From contig JAYGCM010000034.1 in NCBI GenBank assembly GCA_046583355.1, positions 11,566 through 75,565 on the forward strand: a stretch of 64,000 nucleotides of DNA. Direction: 5' to 3'. Of the stretch, positions 1-9,196 are shown in pieces (the first letter of the stretch is position 1; every line of letters starts with the position of its first letter). The stretch comes from Deltaproteobacteria bacterium. Lineage in GTDB: Bacteria > Desulfobacterota > Binatia > UBA12015. A program made the position numbers and the translations under genes. The notes under the pieces were generated by a model that was not told the origin of the DNA, ran no database searches, and saw only the letters and a program-made list of their open reading frames with translations.

Positions 1-1092
1 CTCGACGTACGGACCCAGGAGATCCATACCTTCGCGGCGGGCGCGACACTGATTGCGACCGGCGGCGCCGGCAAGGCCTACCTCTATACCAGCAACCCCG
101 ACGTCGCGACGGGCGACGGCATCGCCATGGCCTACCGCGCCGGCATCCCGATCGGCAATATGGAGTTCATCCAATTCCACCCGACCTGCCTCTACCACGA
201 ACATGCGAAATCTTTCCTGGTCAGCGAGACGATCCGCGGTGAAGGTGGCCTGCTTCTGCGCCCCGACGGCACGCGCTTCATGCCGGAGTACGACGAGCGC
301 GCCGAGCTCGCGCCGCGTGATATCGTCGCCCGCGCCATTGACCAGGAAATGAAGGCGCATGGTTTCGACAATGTCTTCCTTGATATATCGGCGCGCTCCG
401 AGGAGTTCCTGCTCGAGCGCTTCCCGACCATCATGGCGCGTTGCCGCAGCTTCGGCATCGACCCGGCCACCGAGCCGATCCCGGTGGTGCCCGCCGCACA
501 TTATACCTGCGGCGGAATCGTCACCGACGACCTCGGCCGCACGGCCCTGCCCGGTCTCTTCGCCGCCGGCGAAGCGGCGATGACCGGCCTACACGGAGCC
601 AATCGGCTCGCCTCGAACTCGCTGCTCGAAGGGCTGGTCTTCGGCCACCGCGCCGCCCTCAAGGCCGCCGCAGATCAGCCCGGCGCCGCGCCCTCCGACA
701 TCGTGATCCCTGATTGGAACCCCGGCGGCGCGCATTCCCGCGAAGAAGAGGTACTGGTCAGCCAGACTTGGGACGAGATCCGTCGCCTGATGTGGAATTA
801 CGTCGGCATCGTGCGCAGCAACCGCCGCCTGGCGCGCGCCCGCGCACGCCTCGACCTGGCGCTGGCCGAGATCCGCTCGGATTATTGGGCCTACCACCCC
901 ACCGCCGGCGCCATCGAGCTGCGCAACCTCGCCATGGTCGCCGACCTCATCGTCGCCTCGGCCACCCTGCGCCGCGAGAGCCGCGGCCTGCATTATAACG
1001 TCGACTACCCTGCGGTTGACGACACGACCTGGGCCCGCGACACGATCTTGGTGCGCAGCCCCTCGACCCACCGACCGGTGCCGGCCTCGTAG
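1..1092 (+). CDS. nadB: L-aspartate oxidase, 5' end outside window
   Basis: Frame open from base 1 (LIATGGAGKAYLYTSNPDVATGDGIAM). Motifs QFHPT, PAAHYTCGG, GLHGANRLASNSLLEG, RRESRGLHY. Confidence 0.95.
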   Translation, partial: LDVRTQEIHTFAAGATLIATGGAGKAYLYTSNPDVATGDGIAMAYRAGIPIGNMEFIQFHPTCLYHEHAKSFLVSETIRGEGGLLLRPDGTRFMPEYDERAELAPRDIVARAIDQEMKAHGFDNVFLDISARSEEFLLERFPTIMARCRSFGIDPATEPIPVVPAAHYTCGGIVTDDLGRTALPGLFAAGEAAMTGLHGANRLASNSLLEGLVFGHRAALKAAADQPGAAPSDIVIPDWNPGGAHSREEEVLVSQTWDEIRRLMWNYVGIVRSNRRLARARARLDLALAEIRSDYWAYHPTAGAIELRNLAMVADLIVASATLRRESRGLHYNVDYPAVDDTTWARDTILVRSPSTHRPVPAS

Positions 1093-1202
1093 GTGCAATA
1101 GGTCCGACCAGGGGGCGTTTACCGAGCACAGAGGAGCGTACCCGTGCAAATAGAGTGCTTAATGCTCCATCCGCACCCAGTCTCGACAGTGTGCTCTAAA
1201 GT

Positions 1203-1560
1203 GTAATAAATGGGTGCATCCGCAAGACGATTTCGATTGAAGTTCAGATTCTTCTACTGGCCTGTGCGTCGGCTACTATGCTCTCGTGCGGCGACGACGC
1301 CAAGCCGACGATACAGGTCAGCATGAGCGGCAACGCCTTCTGGTTTGGTGCCCCTCCGGGCCGCCGCCGGATCGTGGGGGCGGAGGTATGGGTACTCGGC
1401 AAGACCCTCTACGATCCCGGTGCCCACGGCGAGGCCGGCGCGATCGTGCAGATCGACCCACCGGTGCCGGCCGACCACGGCCCTATCTACTTCAACACGT
1501 CGGTGAGTCGGGAGATCCAGCGTAACGGCGGCCGCAATCGTAATCGCTCTCACCGAGCCG
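1203..1560 (+). pseudogene. Probable remnant of a secreted lipoprotein
   Basis: Frame reads ILLLACASATMLSCGDD (lipobox-like), then SGNAFWFG, IVGAEVWVL, GKTLYDPGAHGEAGA, HGPIYFN, then degenerates. No good start codon before the hydrophobic stretch. Confidence 0.4.
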
Positions 1561-1729
1561 ACCATGCGGCCTGGAGTCGGCCGCCGCGGCCTGATCCCTC
1601 CCGACGCGGTGCCTTCGAGTTGACGAGGGCGCGAGCCTGCGAGAAAAAGGGCCGATCACGGACCTCTCGACGCGGTCCCGATCGGAACTCGACGAGATCG
1701 CGCTGAGCGGGCACGTGGCCCTTGGCGGC

Positions 1730-1940
1730 TTACCCGGAGTCGCCGCGGTAGCTCAGCCGGAGTCCGAGCAGGACAGCTCCGAACGTCGGCACGAAGGCCA
1801 GCACGTTTGCGTCCAGGCCCGCGACTGGCGGCACGCCACCGATCGCATCCGTGAATGCACCCCCGTAGAAGGGGCGCGTGAATGCCGCGAGGAAAAAGCC
1901 GCCGAATACACAGCTGCCAATCGCGCCGGCCAGGCGCTCC
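1730..1940 (-). pseudogene. C-terminal fragment of a membrane protein
   Basis: Two hydrophobic segments (LAGAIGSCVFGGFFLAAF, VLAFVPTFGAVLLGL) with no plausible in-frame start after the SnoaL-like gene. Confidence 0.3.
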
Positions 1941-1962
1941 GGAATACATTCACCTCGGGGCC

Positions 1963-2412
1963 CTACTCCTTCGGGAAAGTCTGGACGCCGTTCATCTCGG
2001 TGCGAATGCGACGCAGTACGAGTTCCCGGATGCGCCACTCGCCGTCGGAGTCCTTGCGATATTTCTCGAAATACCAGCCGGTGCCCCGCATATGGCCTCC
2101 GCCCTTGGACTCGGGAAACCAGAGCATATCCTGCATGGCCCAGATGCCCGTGGCGGTGTCCGGGCCGGTGATCTCGATTTCACTCGCATGACCGTGATGC
2201 ACGGTCATGACGCCTTCGAGAATGGGCGCCAAGAAGTCGCGGAACTGCCTGCGGCCGTGCAGGATCGGCACCCCGTCGTCGGACGTGTCGATCGTCACGT
2301 CTGCGCAGAAGACCTTTTCCCACTCATCCCACTTCTTCTGATCCAGCATGCGGAAATAGCGCGCCTTGAGCTGGCGGATCTGTTCGATCTCGATGAGGTT
2401 CTCGGGTGTCAT
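1963..2412 (-). CDS. NTF2/SnoaL-like family protein (BaiE/LinA-like)
   Basis: IEQIRQLKARYFRMLDQKKW, TVHHGH-SEIEITGPDTATGIW, GEWRI. Start taken at MTPENL; 2442 is an alternative. Confidence 0.9.
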   Translation of the reverse strand: MTPENLIEIEQIRQLKARYFRMLDQKKWDEWEKVFCADVTIDTSDDGVPILHGRRQFRDFLAPILEGVMTVHHGHASEIEITGPDTATGIWAMQDMLWFPESKGGGHMRGTGWYFEKYRKDSDGEWRIRELVLRRIRTEMNGVQTFPKE

Positions 2413-3044
2413 CGTAACTCCTATGGGTTTCCGCTCCGTCATCCGACCGGCCTATGGCGAGGCCACCACAAGCGCAACCGCGGCATAGCGAAGACGCCGC
2501 TGGGACGAGAGGCGTCGCGTGGTAGGCAGGGCGCTGCAGCCCGGCAATTGCGTTGGTGTCGACAGGGAAAGACGAGCTATCCGCATGATGAAGCAACATG
2601 AAATCACCTCGCCTCGGCCGCTTCTCCGGACGGGCCATGCTGGACGACGGACAAATGAGGCAACGTGCGCTCCGCACCAGCTCGGCAGTGGCCATTCCCA
2701 ACGGACCATTTTCGGGAGACGGCAATCTCACGGTTCCGCAGCGGTGGGTTCACCTCCAGCGCCACCCGTCGGGATGCCATAGGCTGATAGTTTCCTTCGT
2801 GCGCACGGGGTCAAGAAAGGCGAAGTCCGCCAATCGGCCGTTCCGACGACGACTTCGGCGCCGATCTTGGGGCCGTGTCGGGCGAATCGTTGCGTGAAAT
2901 TGTTCGGCTGCTCTCCCTGGAAATGGAACTACAAACGATCCGTGGGTGCAGAAGGCTGCCCGCCGGCGCGTCGAGTCCGCCCAAAAAGGCGGCAACGAGG
3001 TCACGGCAGGCCGTTCCCGCTTCCCCCGCAGGGCTCGATGTTGT

Positions 3045-4202
3045 ATGAATCACGAGACGATGCGCACCGCTGCTCCCCCCGATCCGTGTCTGACGATGGC
3101 CGTCCTGCTCAATCCGCACGCTCTGTGGAGGGAGCTCGATGGCGCGCGTCCGGAGGCCTTGGAGCGGGCTTTTGACGAGGCGCATAGTTTCGGGAGCAGC
3201 GGCGGTGTCGCGATGATCGTCTGCGTCGGACTCGCCCAGACCCGCTCGGAGCCGGGTGGGCTCAAACGGCCCGTTGTGAAATTTGGTATCCACCGCTCGA
3301 CACTGGCCCGCCTCGCCCGGGCGTGGAGAGAGATCATCCATCCGCGGTTGCTCCGCGAAGGGACAAAGGCGCGCTTCCCCTTGGGCGGACAGGAATGGTA
3401 CCGGGTCGCCTGCGAAGCGGCGAAGTCGGTCGGGCGCTCAGCGCTGGAGCTGCTCGAGGAAGCCGAGCGCAGCAGGGCCGCCGATGCGCAGTATTCGGTG
3501 AATCGATGGAAAAGCGACCTGAGCTTGCAGGCCGCGCACGCCCGGGCCGATACGGCCCGCGCGGCGGCCGCTTCGTCGAGGCGCGGCAGACCGCGCCGTC
3601 CGCTCCCCGCCAACGCAGACGAGATGGTGACTGAACTCAGTGGCCAGCCCCGCTCCTGCTCGGACGAGGAGATTGCCGTACGCCAGGCGCGTTACCCCGA
3701 AAACTTCGTCCCATTGGACGAGGTGATGCCTCCGCAGCCGCTGCGGCCACCCCGCTTCGAGTGGCTCTTCATCTCGATCGACGGAGTGTACCGGGCCGCG
3801 AAGGGCAAATCCGAGATGGCCGTCGGCCACCATTGGAAGCAGGTGACAAAGGATCGCGATATCGTGCTGGACGGCGGCCGCATGAGCTGTGACGCCGCGT
3901 GGAGCAAGCTGGTTGCCGATTCCGCCGCCGAGGGCATGGAGCTTCCGTCGATCGCGATCTTCCCTGATATTGAAGACCAATTCAGCCTGCGCCCCGACGC
4001 CAGTGGCGCGATGGAATGCCTGATCGTCGCCGTGCGGGCGCAAGGCCAGGTTGCCGGTTTCCTCTTCCTCGACTTCTCGGAAGAGAAGGACTTCCCCTTC
4101 CGCTCGCCGCATACCTACCACTATCTCCGCGACCAGTTGCGTCCGCTGACCGACCGACTCCAGCACGAGTTCAGCCCGTCGGCCCTCGCGACACCGCACT
4201 GA
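3045..4202 (+). CDS. Hypothetical protein, possible N-terminal HTH and C-terminal GAF-like domain
   Basis: Long ORF (track 2946..4202) with protein-like composition. KFGIHRSTLARL is HTH-like; ECLIVAVRAQGQVAGFLFLDF resembles a GAF C-terminal hairpin. Start uncertain. Confidence 0.6.
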   Translation: MNHETMRTAAPPDPCLTMAVLLNPHALWRELDGARPEALERAFDEAHSFGSSGGVAMIVCVGLAQTRSEPGGLKRPVVKFGIHRSTLARLARAWREIIHPRLLREGTKARFPLGGQEWYRVACEAAKSVGRSALELLEEAERSRAADAQYSVNRWKSDLSLQAAHARADTARAAAASSRRGRPRRPLPANADEMVTELSGQPRSCSDEEIAVRQARYPENFVPLDEVMPPQPLRPPRFEWLFISIDGVYRAAKGKSEMAVGHHWKQVTKDRDIVLDGGRMSCDAAWSKLVADSAAEGMELPSIAIFPDIEDQFSLRPDASGAMECLIVAVRAQGQVAGFLFLDFSEEKDFPFRSPHTYHYLRDQLRPLTDRLQHEFSPSALATPH

Positions 4203-4290
4203 ACGACCCGCAGAGGCGACGGTCGCCTTGGGGTAGCCGCGATCACTTCCGATTTTCTTGCCAAGATCCCCGATTTCCGCCCGCCAAGAC

Positions 4291-4313
4291 TTGACTTTCG
4301 TTTTATCTTCGCC
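4291..4313 (+). promoter_or_regulatory. Sigma70 -35-like TTGACT overlapped by TTCG-N7-TTCGCC direct repeat (candidate LexA box)
   Basis: ttgact-ttcg-ttttatc-ttcgcc just upstream of the HNH pseudogene. The same repeat occurs at 53354-53370. Confidence 0.5.
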
Positions 4314-4325
4314 AAGCTGGAATGC

Positions 4326-5209
4326 GTGCGTCGCAGCGATATCTCCAGCGCGGGAGGCCCTCAGTCAGGGCTATTTGGCGAACGTCGTCCGGGCGTGGAA
4401 TATCCGCCAGCCAGCTCTTTCAAGTGCCACGGCTCGGGTGAGGAAGCGCCGCCCGCGACCCGGGCCGAGTCGGCCCTGTTTCTCGAGCGCGGTCTGAGCC
4501 GGCTTGTCCGCCAGGAGGCATTATAGCGCTCGGCATCCGGGCGGCTTGCCCGTCGCTTCCAGCGATTTCGTGGCTGGGAACGCCTGGGCTTCACCCGTCT
4601 CGGCGACTACACACGCGAGCGGCTCGGTATCGGCCCGCGCGAACTCCAAGAACTCGCCTTTGTGGCGACCGCTCTCGAATTCCGGCCCTTGGTCCGGCGC
4701 GCCTTCACGCGAGGCGAGCTCACCTGGGGGCGCGTGCGTCTCCTGGCGCGCGCGAATACCACTGCATGTGAGGAAGAATGGGTAGTGTTTGCCAAGGCGC
4801 ATACGGTGGATGAGCTTGGCAACCAGCTTCGTACCGGTTCGCGTCCGTCCCGCGGTCTGGGTGAAATGGCAGCGCGTGCACGAGTTGGCGCGGCGCCTTG
4901 AGGGTGCGGAAATTGCCGAAGCGCGATGGCTGGCGTTGTCAGGTGCCGGGCTGCACCTCGCGCCGAAATCTCCACGACCACCATATTCGCTTCCGCTCGC
5001 GTGGTGGTTCCAACCAGCAGACCAACCGGGTCACGGTCTGCGCACAGCATCACCTTCGCGGTATTCATAGCGGTCGGATTCGCGGCGAAGGAGAAGCCCC
5101 ATCGGCAATTCACTGGCAACTCGGTCTTTCGGGCACGCGAGGCCCGCTGGTTGAGACCCTCGGCGAGACCTACGCCGCATCTGGCGCCGCGCTCACCGGG
5201 AAATCCTAG
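4326..5209 (+). pseudogene. DUF222-like/HNH endonuclease pseudogene
   Basis: In-frame TAG at 4524-4526 precedes GWERLGFTRLGDYTRERLG...GELTWGRVRLL. Frameshifts lead to WQRVHELARR and then to the HNH domain RDGWRCQVPGC...HDHHIRFRSRGG...NRVTVCAQHH. Confidence 0.85.
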
Positions 5210-5366
5210 AGCGTCTTCGAATACTCGATGGCCACTTGACGCTCGGCCTCGCTCAGATGGTCGCCGATGGTATGGCCGGCATTCGGTTGACTCCATTATA
5301 CCAATCGACGAGATCGGAAGAGTAGACCATGCCGGCCGCGGCCGGGTTCATGCCGATGGTATTCAT
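5206..5366 (-). pseudogene. Remnant of a c-type cytochrome (RoxA/peroxidase-like C-terminus)
   Basis: Minus strand reads NAGHTIGDHLSEAERQVAIEYSKTL*, matching the recalled GHxFG..LxxxERxAxxEYLKTL tail. An upstream fragment is in another frame. Confidence 0.55.
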
Positions 5367-5415
5367 TCGGCCTTATCTTCTCGCCACGACAACACGAGCC
5401 GTGTATCGTTTATGC

Positions 5416-5580
5416 ATGAAGACCATTACCCTTAGCGAGGAGGACTATGAGCGACTCTGCGTCTGGAAAGACCCGACGCTGACATCCTTCTCCAAACAAG
5501 CTCCCTCGCCTCACGGCGGAGCAGGCTGCGGTGATGGAAGAAGCGCTTGCGTGGGCCAATGCCCCGGCCAACCAACGTGA
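5416..5580 (+). pseudogene. VapB-like antitoxin remnant
   Basis: MKTITLSEEDYERLCVWK...SFSK resembles the MKTITLSxEAYERL...ESFS antitoxins. C-terminus looks scrambled. Confidence 0.6.
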
Positions 5581-5583
5581 TTG

Positions 5584-5727
5584 ATGGATTTCCTGATTGA
5601 TACGACCTCTCTGATTCGCCTATGGCGCGACGGCGCAGGGAGTCGCGAAAGTCATTTCATCACGCGCTATCCGACACTCTGGGTCCAGGACCTTGAAATC
5701 CTCGACTACACGTCTGGCGAGGAATGA
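5584..5727 (+). pseudogene. PIN-domain (VapC) toxin remnant, internally deleted
   Basis: MDFLIDTTSLIRLWRDG (PIN N-terminus) joined to VQDLEILDY (PIN C-terminus-like). Only 47 aa, directly after the antitoxin-like ORF. Confidence 0.6.
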
Positions 5728-5779
5728 ATGCTACGGCCTGGCGTTTCGGCCGAGACGCCGTGATCTATCAGGAGTCAAT

Positions 5780-6877
5780 ATGACACTACCCAAAACAAGC
5801 TTCGCCATGGTGCAAACAGCCAAGCGCACTCTGGAACCGATGGATTTACCCTTGCCCGAAATCGACGACGATTCCGGTCTGGTCCGGATTGAGGCCTGCG
5901 GAATCTGCGGCAGCGATTACGAGCAATTCGAGGGCGTGCTGCATACGCCGATGCCGGCGGTGCCGGGCCACGAACCGCTCGGCGTGGTGGCCAAAATCGG
6001 TGATCGTGCAGCGAAGCGTTGGGGTGTCGATGTCGGAGATCGGATTGCCGTGGAGACCATGCTCTCCTGCCACCATTGCGGCCCTTGTCTGGGTGGTTCC
6101 TACCACCTCTGCGATTCACGGCGGATCTACTCTTATATCCCGCTCTCCGAGGCACCGGGGCTGTGGGGTTCCTACGCGCAATATATGTACCTCGATCCCA
6201 ATTGCGTAGTGCATAAAGTCGATTCCTCCCTCGACCCTTCGATCGCGGTGATGTTCAACCCGCTCGGCGCGGGCTTTCGCTGGGCGGTCGAAATCCCCGG
6301 CACCGGTCCGGGTGATACCGTCGTGATCCAGGGCCCCGGACAGCGAGGCCTGGCTAGCGTGCTTGCCTGCCGCGAAGCCGGCGCGGCCAGGATCATCGTC
6401 ACCGGGCTGGAAGCGGACGCAGAAAAACTCGCATTGGCGCGCGAGTTCGGCGCACATGCCACCATCGATGTGCAAAACGAAAATGCCCGGGAGCGCATCC
6501 AGGAACTCACAGACGGCCGTGGCGCCGACGTCGTGCTCGATGTCTCTTCCTACGCAACCGAGCCCGTCGCCCAATCCCTGGACTATGTGCGGATGGGCGG
6601 CACGGTCGTGCTCGCCGGCGTGAAGGGCTTCAAAGCGGTGCCCAACTTCATCTCGGATAAAATCGTCATGAAGGAAGTGACGATCAAGGGCGCCATCGGG
6701 GTCACCAGCACAGGCTACGCCAACGCAATCCGGCTGCTCGAATCCGGCAAATATCCGATCGAACGGATGCATACCCACGACTTCAAGCTGCGTGACGCCG
6801 AGCTCGCCATCCGAACGCTTGCTCGCGAGATTCCCGGCGAAGAATCCATTCACTCCTGCCTGATCCCAGAACAATAA
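5780..6877 (+). CDS. Zinc-dependent medium-chain alcohol dehydrogenase
   Basis: CGICGSD, PGHE, CHHCGPC...LC structural Zn site, GPGQRG. AGGAG RBS before ATG 5780. Confidence 0.93.
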   Translation: MTLPKTSFAMVQTAKRTLEPMDLPLPEIDDDSGLVRIEACGICGSDYEQFEGVLHTPMPAVPGHEPLGVVAKIGDRAAKRWGVDVGDRIAVETMLSCHHCGPCLGGSYHLCDSRRIYSYIPLSEAPGLWGSYAQYMYLDPNCVVHKVDSSLDPSIAVMFNPLGAGFRWAVEIPGTGPGDTVVIQGPGQRGLASVLACREAGAARIIVTGLEADAEKLALAREFGAHATIDVQNENARERIQELTDGRGADVVLDVSSYATEPVAQSLDYVRMGGTVVLAGVKGFKAVPNFISDKIVMKEVTIKGAIGVTSTGYANAIRLLESGKYPIERMHTHDFKLRDAELAIRTLAREIPGEESIHSCLIPEQ

Positions 6878-6888
6878 GAAAGATAATC

Positions 6889-7734
6889 ATGGACGAAATC
6901 CGCGAATGGATAGAGCAATCGCCCTACTGCAAATATCTGGGCATTCGCCTCGATCATCTCGATGAAAAAAGCGCGCGCCTCATTCTTCCCTATCAGGATG
7001 AAAACTCGAATCCGGGCAACGCATTGCACGGCGGCTGCGCCGCTTCGCTCGGCGCCATCGGCGGCCAGGCGGTGGCGCGTGCGGCCCTCGGCCCGGAGTC
7101 CGGCCCCTGGCATAACGCCCAGATGCAGGTGAGTTATCTGGCCGCGGCCATCGGCGAAGATGTGATTGCGGAAGCCGAGCTACTGCGCCGCGGCAAAGAA
7201 CTCTGTTTCGTTTCGATCATCGTCAAGACGACAGAAGGAAAACCGATCGCGAGCATCACGACGACCGTGCGGGGGCGGATGGGCGCTGCGCCGGCAGAGA
7301 CCAGCACCACCGCGGGGGATCATGGCGAAAGCGAACCGGGCGAAATGGGCCCCCATATCGGCATGGTCCCGTTCATTGGTAATCGCGGCATTTCCGTCGA
7401 GCATATGACCGGCGGCACGTCGCGACTCATCATGCCTTTTGCAGAGAACAACACCGACCTCGCGGGCGGAGTCCACGAGGGCGCCGTGTTGGCACTTCTC
7501 GACACGACGGGAGCCATGGGGTCCTGGGCCGAGTCTGGTCCGGGCCCTTACCGGGCCTCGACCGTCTCCATGCAACTCCAGAACCTTGCGCCCGCCCCGC
7601 AGGCCGATCTAGTCGCGTACGGCCGCTGCGTGCAACGCGACGGCGCAATCTTCTGGACCGATGTCGAGGTGGCAGGCGCCACCGATGGCCGTGTCGTGGC
7701 CCGCGGCACCGTTCTTTATCGAATTCTCACCTGA
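6889..7734 (+). CDS. Double hotdog-fold PaaI-family thioesterase
   Basis: Two hotdog units: NPGNALHGG and GGVHEGAVLALLD. Confidence 0.88.
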   Translation: MDEIREWIEQSPYCKYLGIRLDHLDEKSARLILPYQDENSNPGNALHGGCAASLGAIGGQAVARAALGPESGPWHNAQMQVSYLAAAIGEDVIAEAELLRRGKELCFVSIIVKTTEGKPIASITTTVRGRMGAAPAETSTTAGDHGESEPGEMGPHIGMVPFIGNRGISVEHMTGGTSRLIMPFAENNTDLAGGVHEGAVLALLDTTGAMGSWAESGPGPYRASTVSMQLQNLAPAPQADLVAYGRCVQRDGAIFWTDVEVAGATDGRVVARGTVLYRILT

Positions 7735-7742
7735 CGAGATCG

Positions 7743-9179
7743 CTAGGGTAGCGCGGCGGCGTCGAAGAGGCCGAGTTGCCGGGTTTCGGCTTCGGTATCT
7801 ACCGCGACCGGGTAGCGGTCGGTGAAACAGGCGTCGCAGTATGTGCAGGAGTTTTCAGGTTTGTCCTCGAAGGCATAGAGGCCCTCGTGGGAGAGGTAGG
7901 AGAGCGAGTCGGCACCGATTTCCTGGCGAATCTCCTCGACGGTTTTGGAAGAAGCAACAAGCTCGCCGCGCGTGGGCGTGTCCACGCCGTAATAGCAGGG
8001 GCCGATGGTCGGCGGTGCACAGATTCGCATATGAACCTCGGCGGCCCCGGCGTTGCGCATCATGGTGACAATCTTTTTGCTTGTAGTACCGCGCACAAGC
8101 GAATCGTCCACCACCACGACTCGCTTGCCCTTGAGGATCTCGCGCACGGCATTGAGTTTCACCCGGACGCCGAAGTGGCGGATGGAATCGGTCGGTTCAA
8201 TGAAGGTGCGGCCGACATAATGGTTGCGGATGATGCCGAGTTCGTAGGGGATGCCAGCCTCCTGGGCGTAGCCCAGCGCTGCGGGTACACCCGAGTCGGG
8301 AACCGGAATCACAAGGTCGGCATCGACCATACTCTCGCGTGCGAGCTGACGGCCCAATGCGCGGCGAACAGTATAAACCGTACGACCGAAGACCTGGCTA
8401 TCGGGACGGGCGAAATAGACGTACTCGAAGACGCAGCGGCGTGGCTCGGCTGATTTGAGCGGGTGCAGCGAGCGCACGCCGGCTTTATCGATGACCAGAA
8501 CTTCGCCCGGCTCTACCTCGCGGACGTATTCGGCGCCGATCAGGTCGAGTGCGCAGGTCTCGGAGACCACGACGTGGGTGCCCTTATCGCGTACGAAGCC
8601 CAGCACCAGTGGCCGGAAACCATGCGGGTCGCGCACGGCAATCAGCTGATCTCGGGCAAGAAAGACCATGGAATAGGCGCCGCGCACATGACCGAGCGCA
8701 TCGATCAGGCGATCCAGAAGGGGCCCTTTCGCGCTCTGCGCGATCAGATGGATCACGACCTCCGTGTCGGAATTCGACTGGAAGATCGAGCCCTTTTCTT
8801 CGAGTTCGCGGCGCAATTCGATGGCGTTGACGAGGTTTCCGTTATGCGCCACGGCCAGCGGCCCACCGGCGTATTCCACCACCAGTGGTTGTGCGTTCTT
8901 GAGCGCCGTTTCGCCGTGGGTGGCGTAGCGGTTGTGGCCGATCGCAGCACTGCCTTCGAGGCGCTTGATGATCTCGGGATGAAAAATATCGGCCACCAGG
9001 CCCAGGCCTCGGTGGGTGATCAGCGCATCGCCGCGCGAAGAGACGATACCGGCCGATTCCTGCCCGCGATGCTGCAACGCATAAAGCGCGAGGTAGGCGA
9101 GATTGGACGCCTCCGGGTGTCCGAAGACCCCGACAACTCCGCATTCCTCGTGAAACCGATCTTCGTCCGGTGCAAACAT
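7743..9179 (-). CDS. purF: Amidophosphoribosyltransferase
   Basis: [42 protein letters not shown]. Confidence 0.98.
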   Translation of the reverse strand: MFAPDEDRFHEECGVVGVFGHPEASNLAYLALYALQHRGQESAGIVSSRGDALITHRGLGLVADIFHPEIIKRLEGSAAIGHNRYATHGETALKNAQPLVVEYAGGPLAVAHNGNLVNAIELRRELEEKGSIFQSNSDTEVVIHLIAQSAKGPLLDRLIDALGHVRGAYSMVFLARDQLIAVRDPHGFRPLVLGFVRDKGTHVVVSETCALDLIGAEYVREVEPGEVLVIDKAGVRSLHPLKSAEPRRCVFEYVYFARPDSQVFGRTVYTVRRALGRQLARESMVDADLVIPVPDSGVPAALGYAQEAGIPYELGIIRNHYVGRTFIEPTDSIRHFGVRVKLNAVREILKGKRVVVVDDSLVRGTTSKKIVTMMRNAGAAEVHMRICAPPTIGPCYYGVDTPTRGELVASSKTVEEIRQEIGADSLSYLSHEGLYAFEDKPENSCTYCDACFTDRYPVAVDTEAETRQLGLFDAAALP

Positions 9180-9196
9180 GAGTAGAAACCTTCGCG

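Noticed and set aside
2443..2945. Short ORFs or ncRNA between the SnoaL-like gene and the orphan gene
   Set aside because: No frame has recognisable motifs and no convincing structure was seen.
4524..4526. Programmed TAG readthrough in the HNH gene
   Set aside because: Additional frameshifts downstream indicate ordinary decay.
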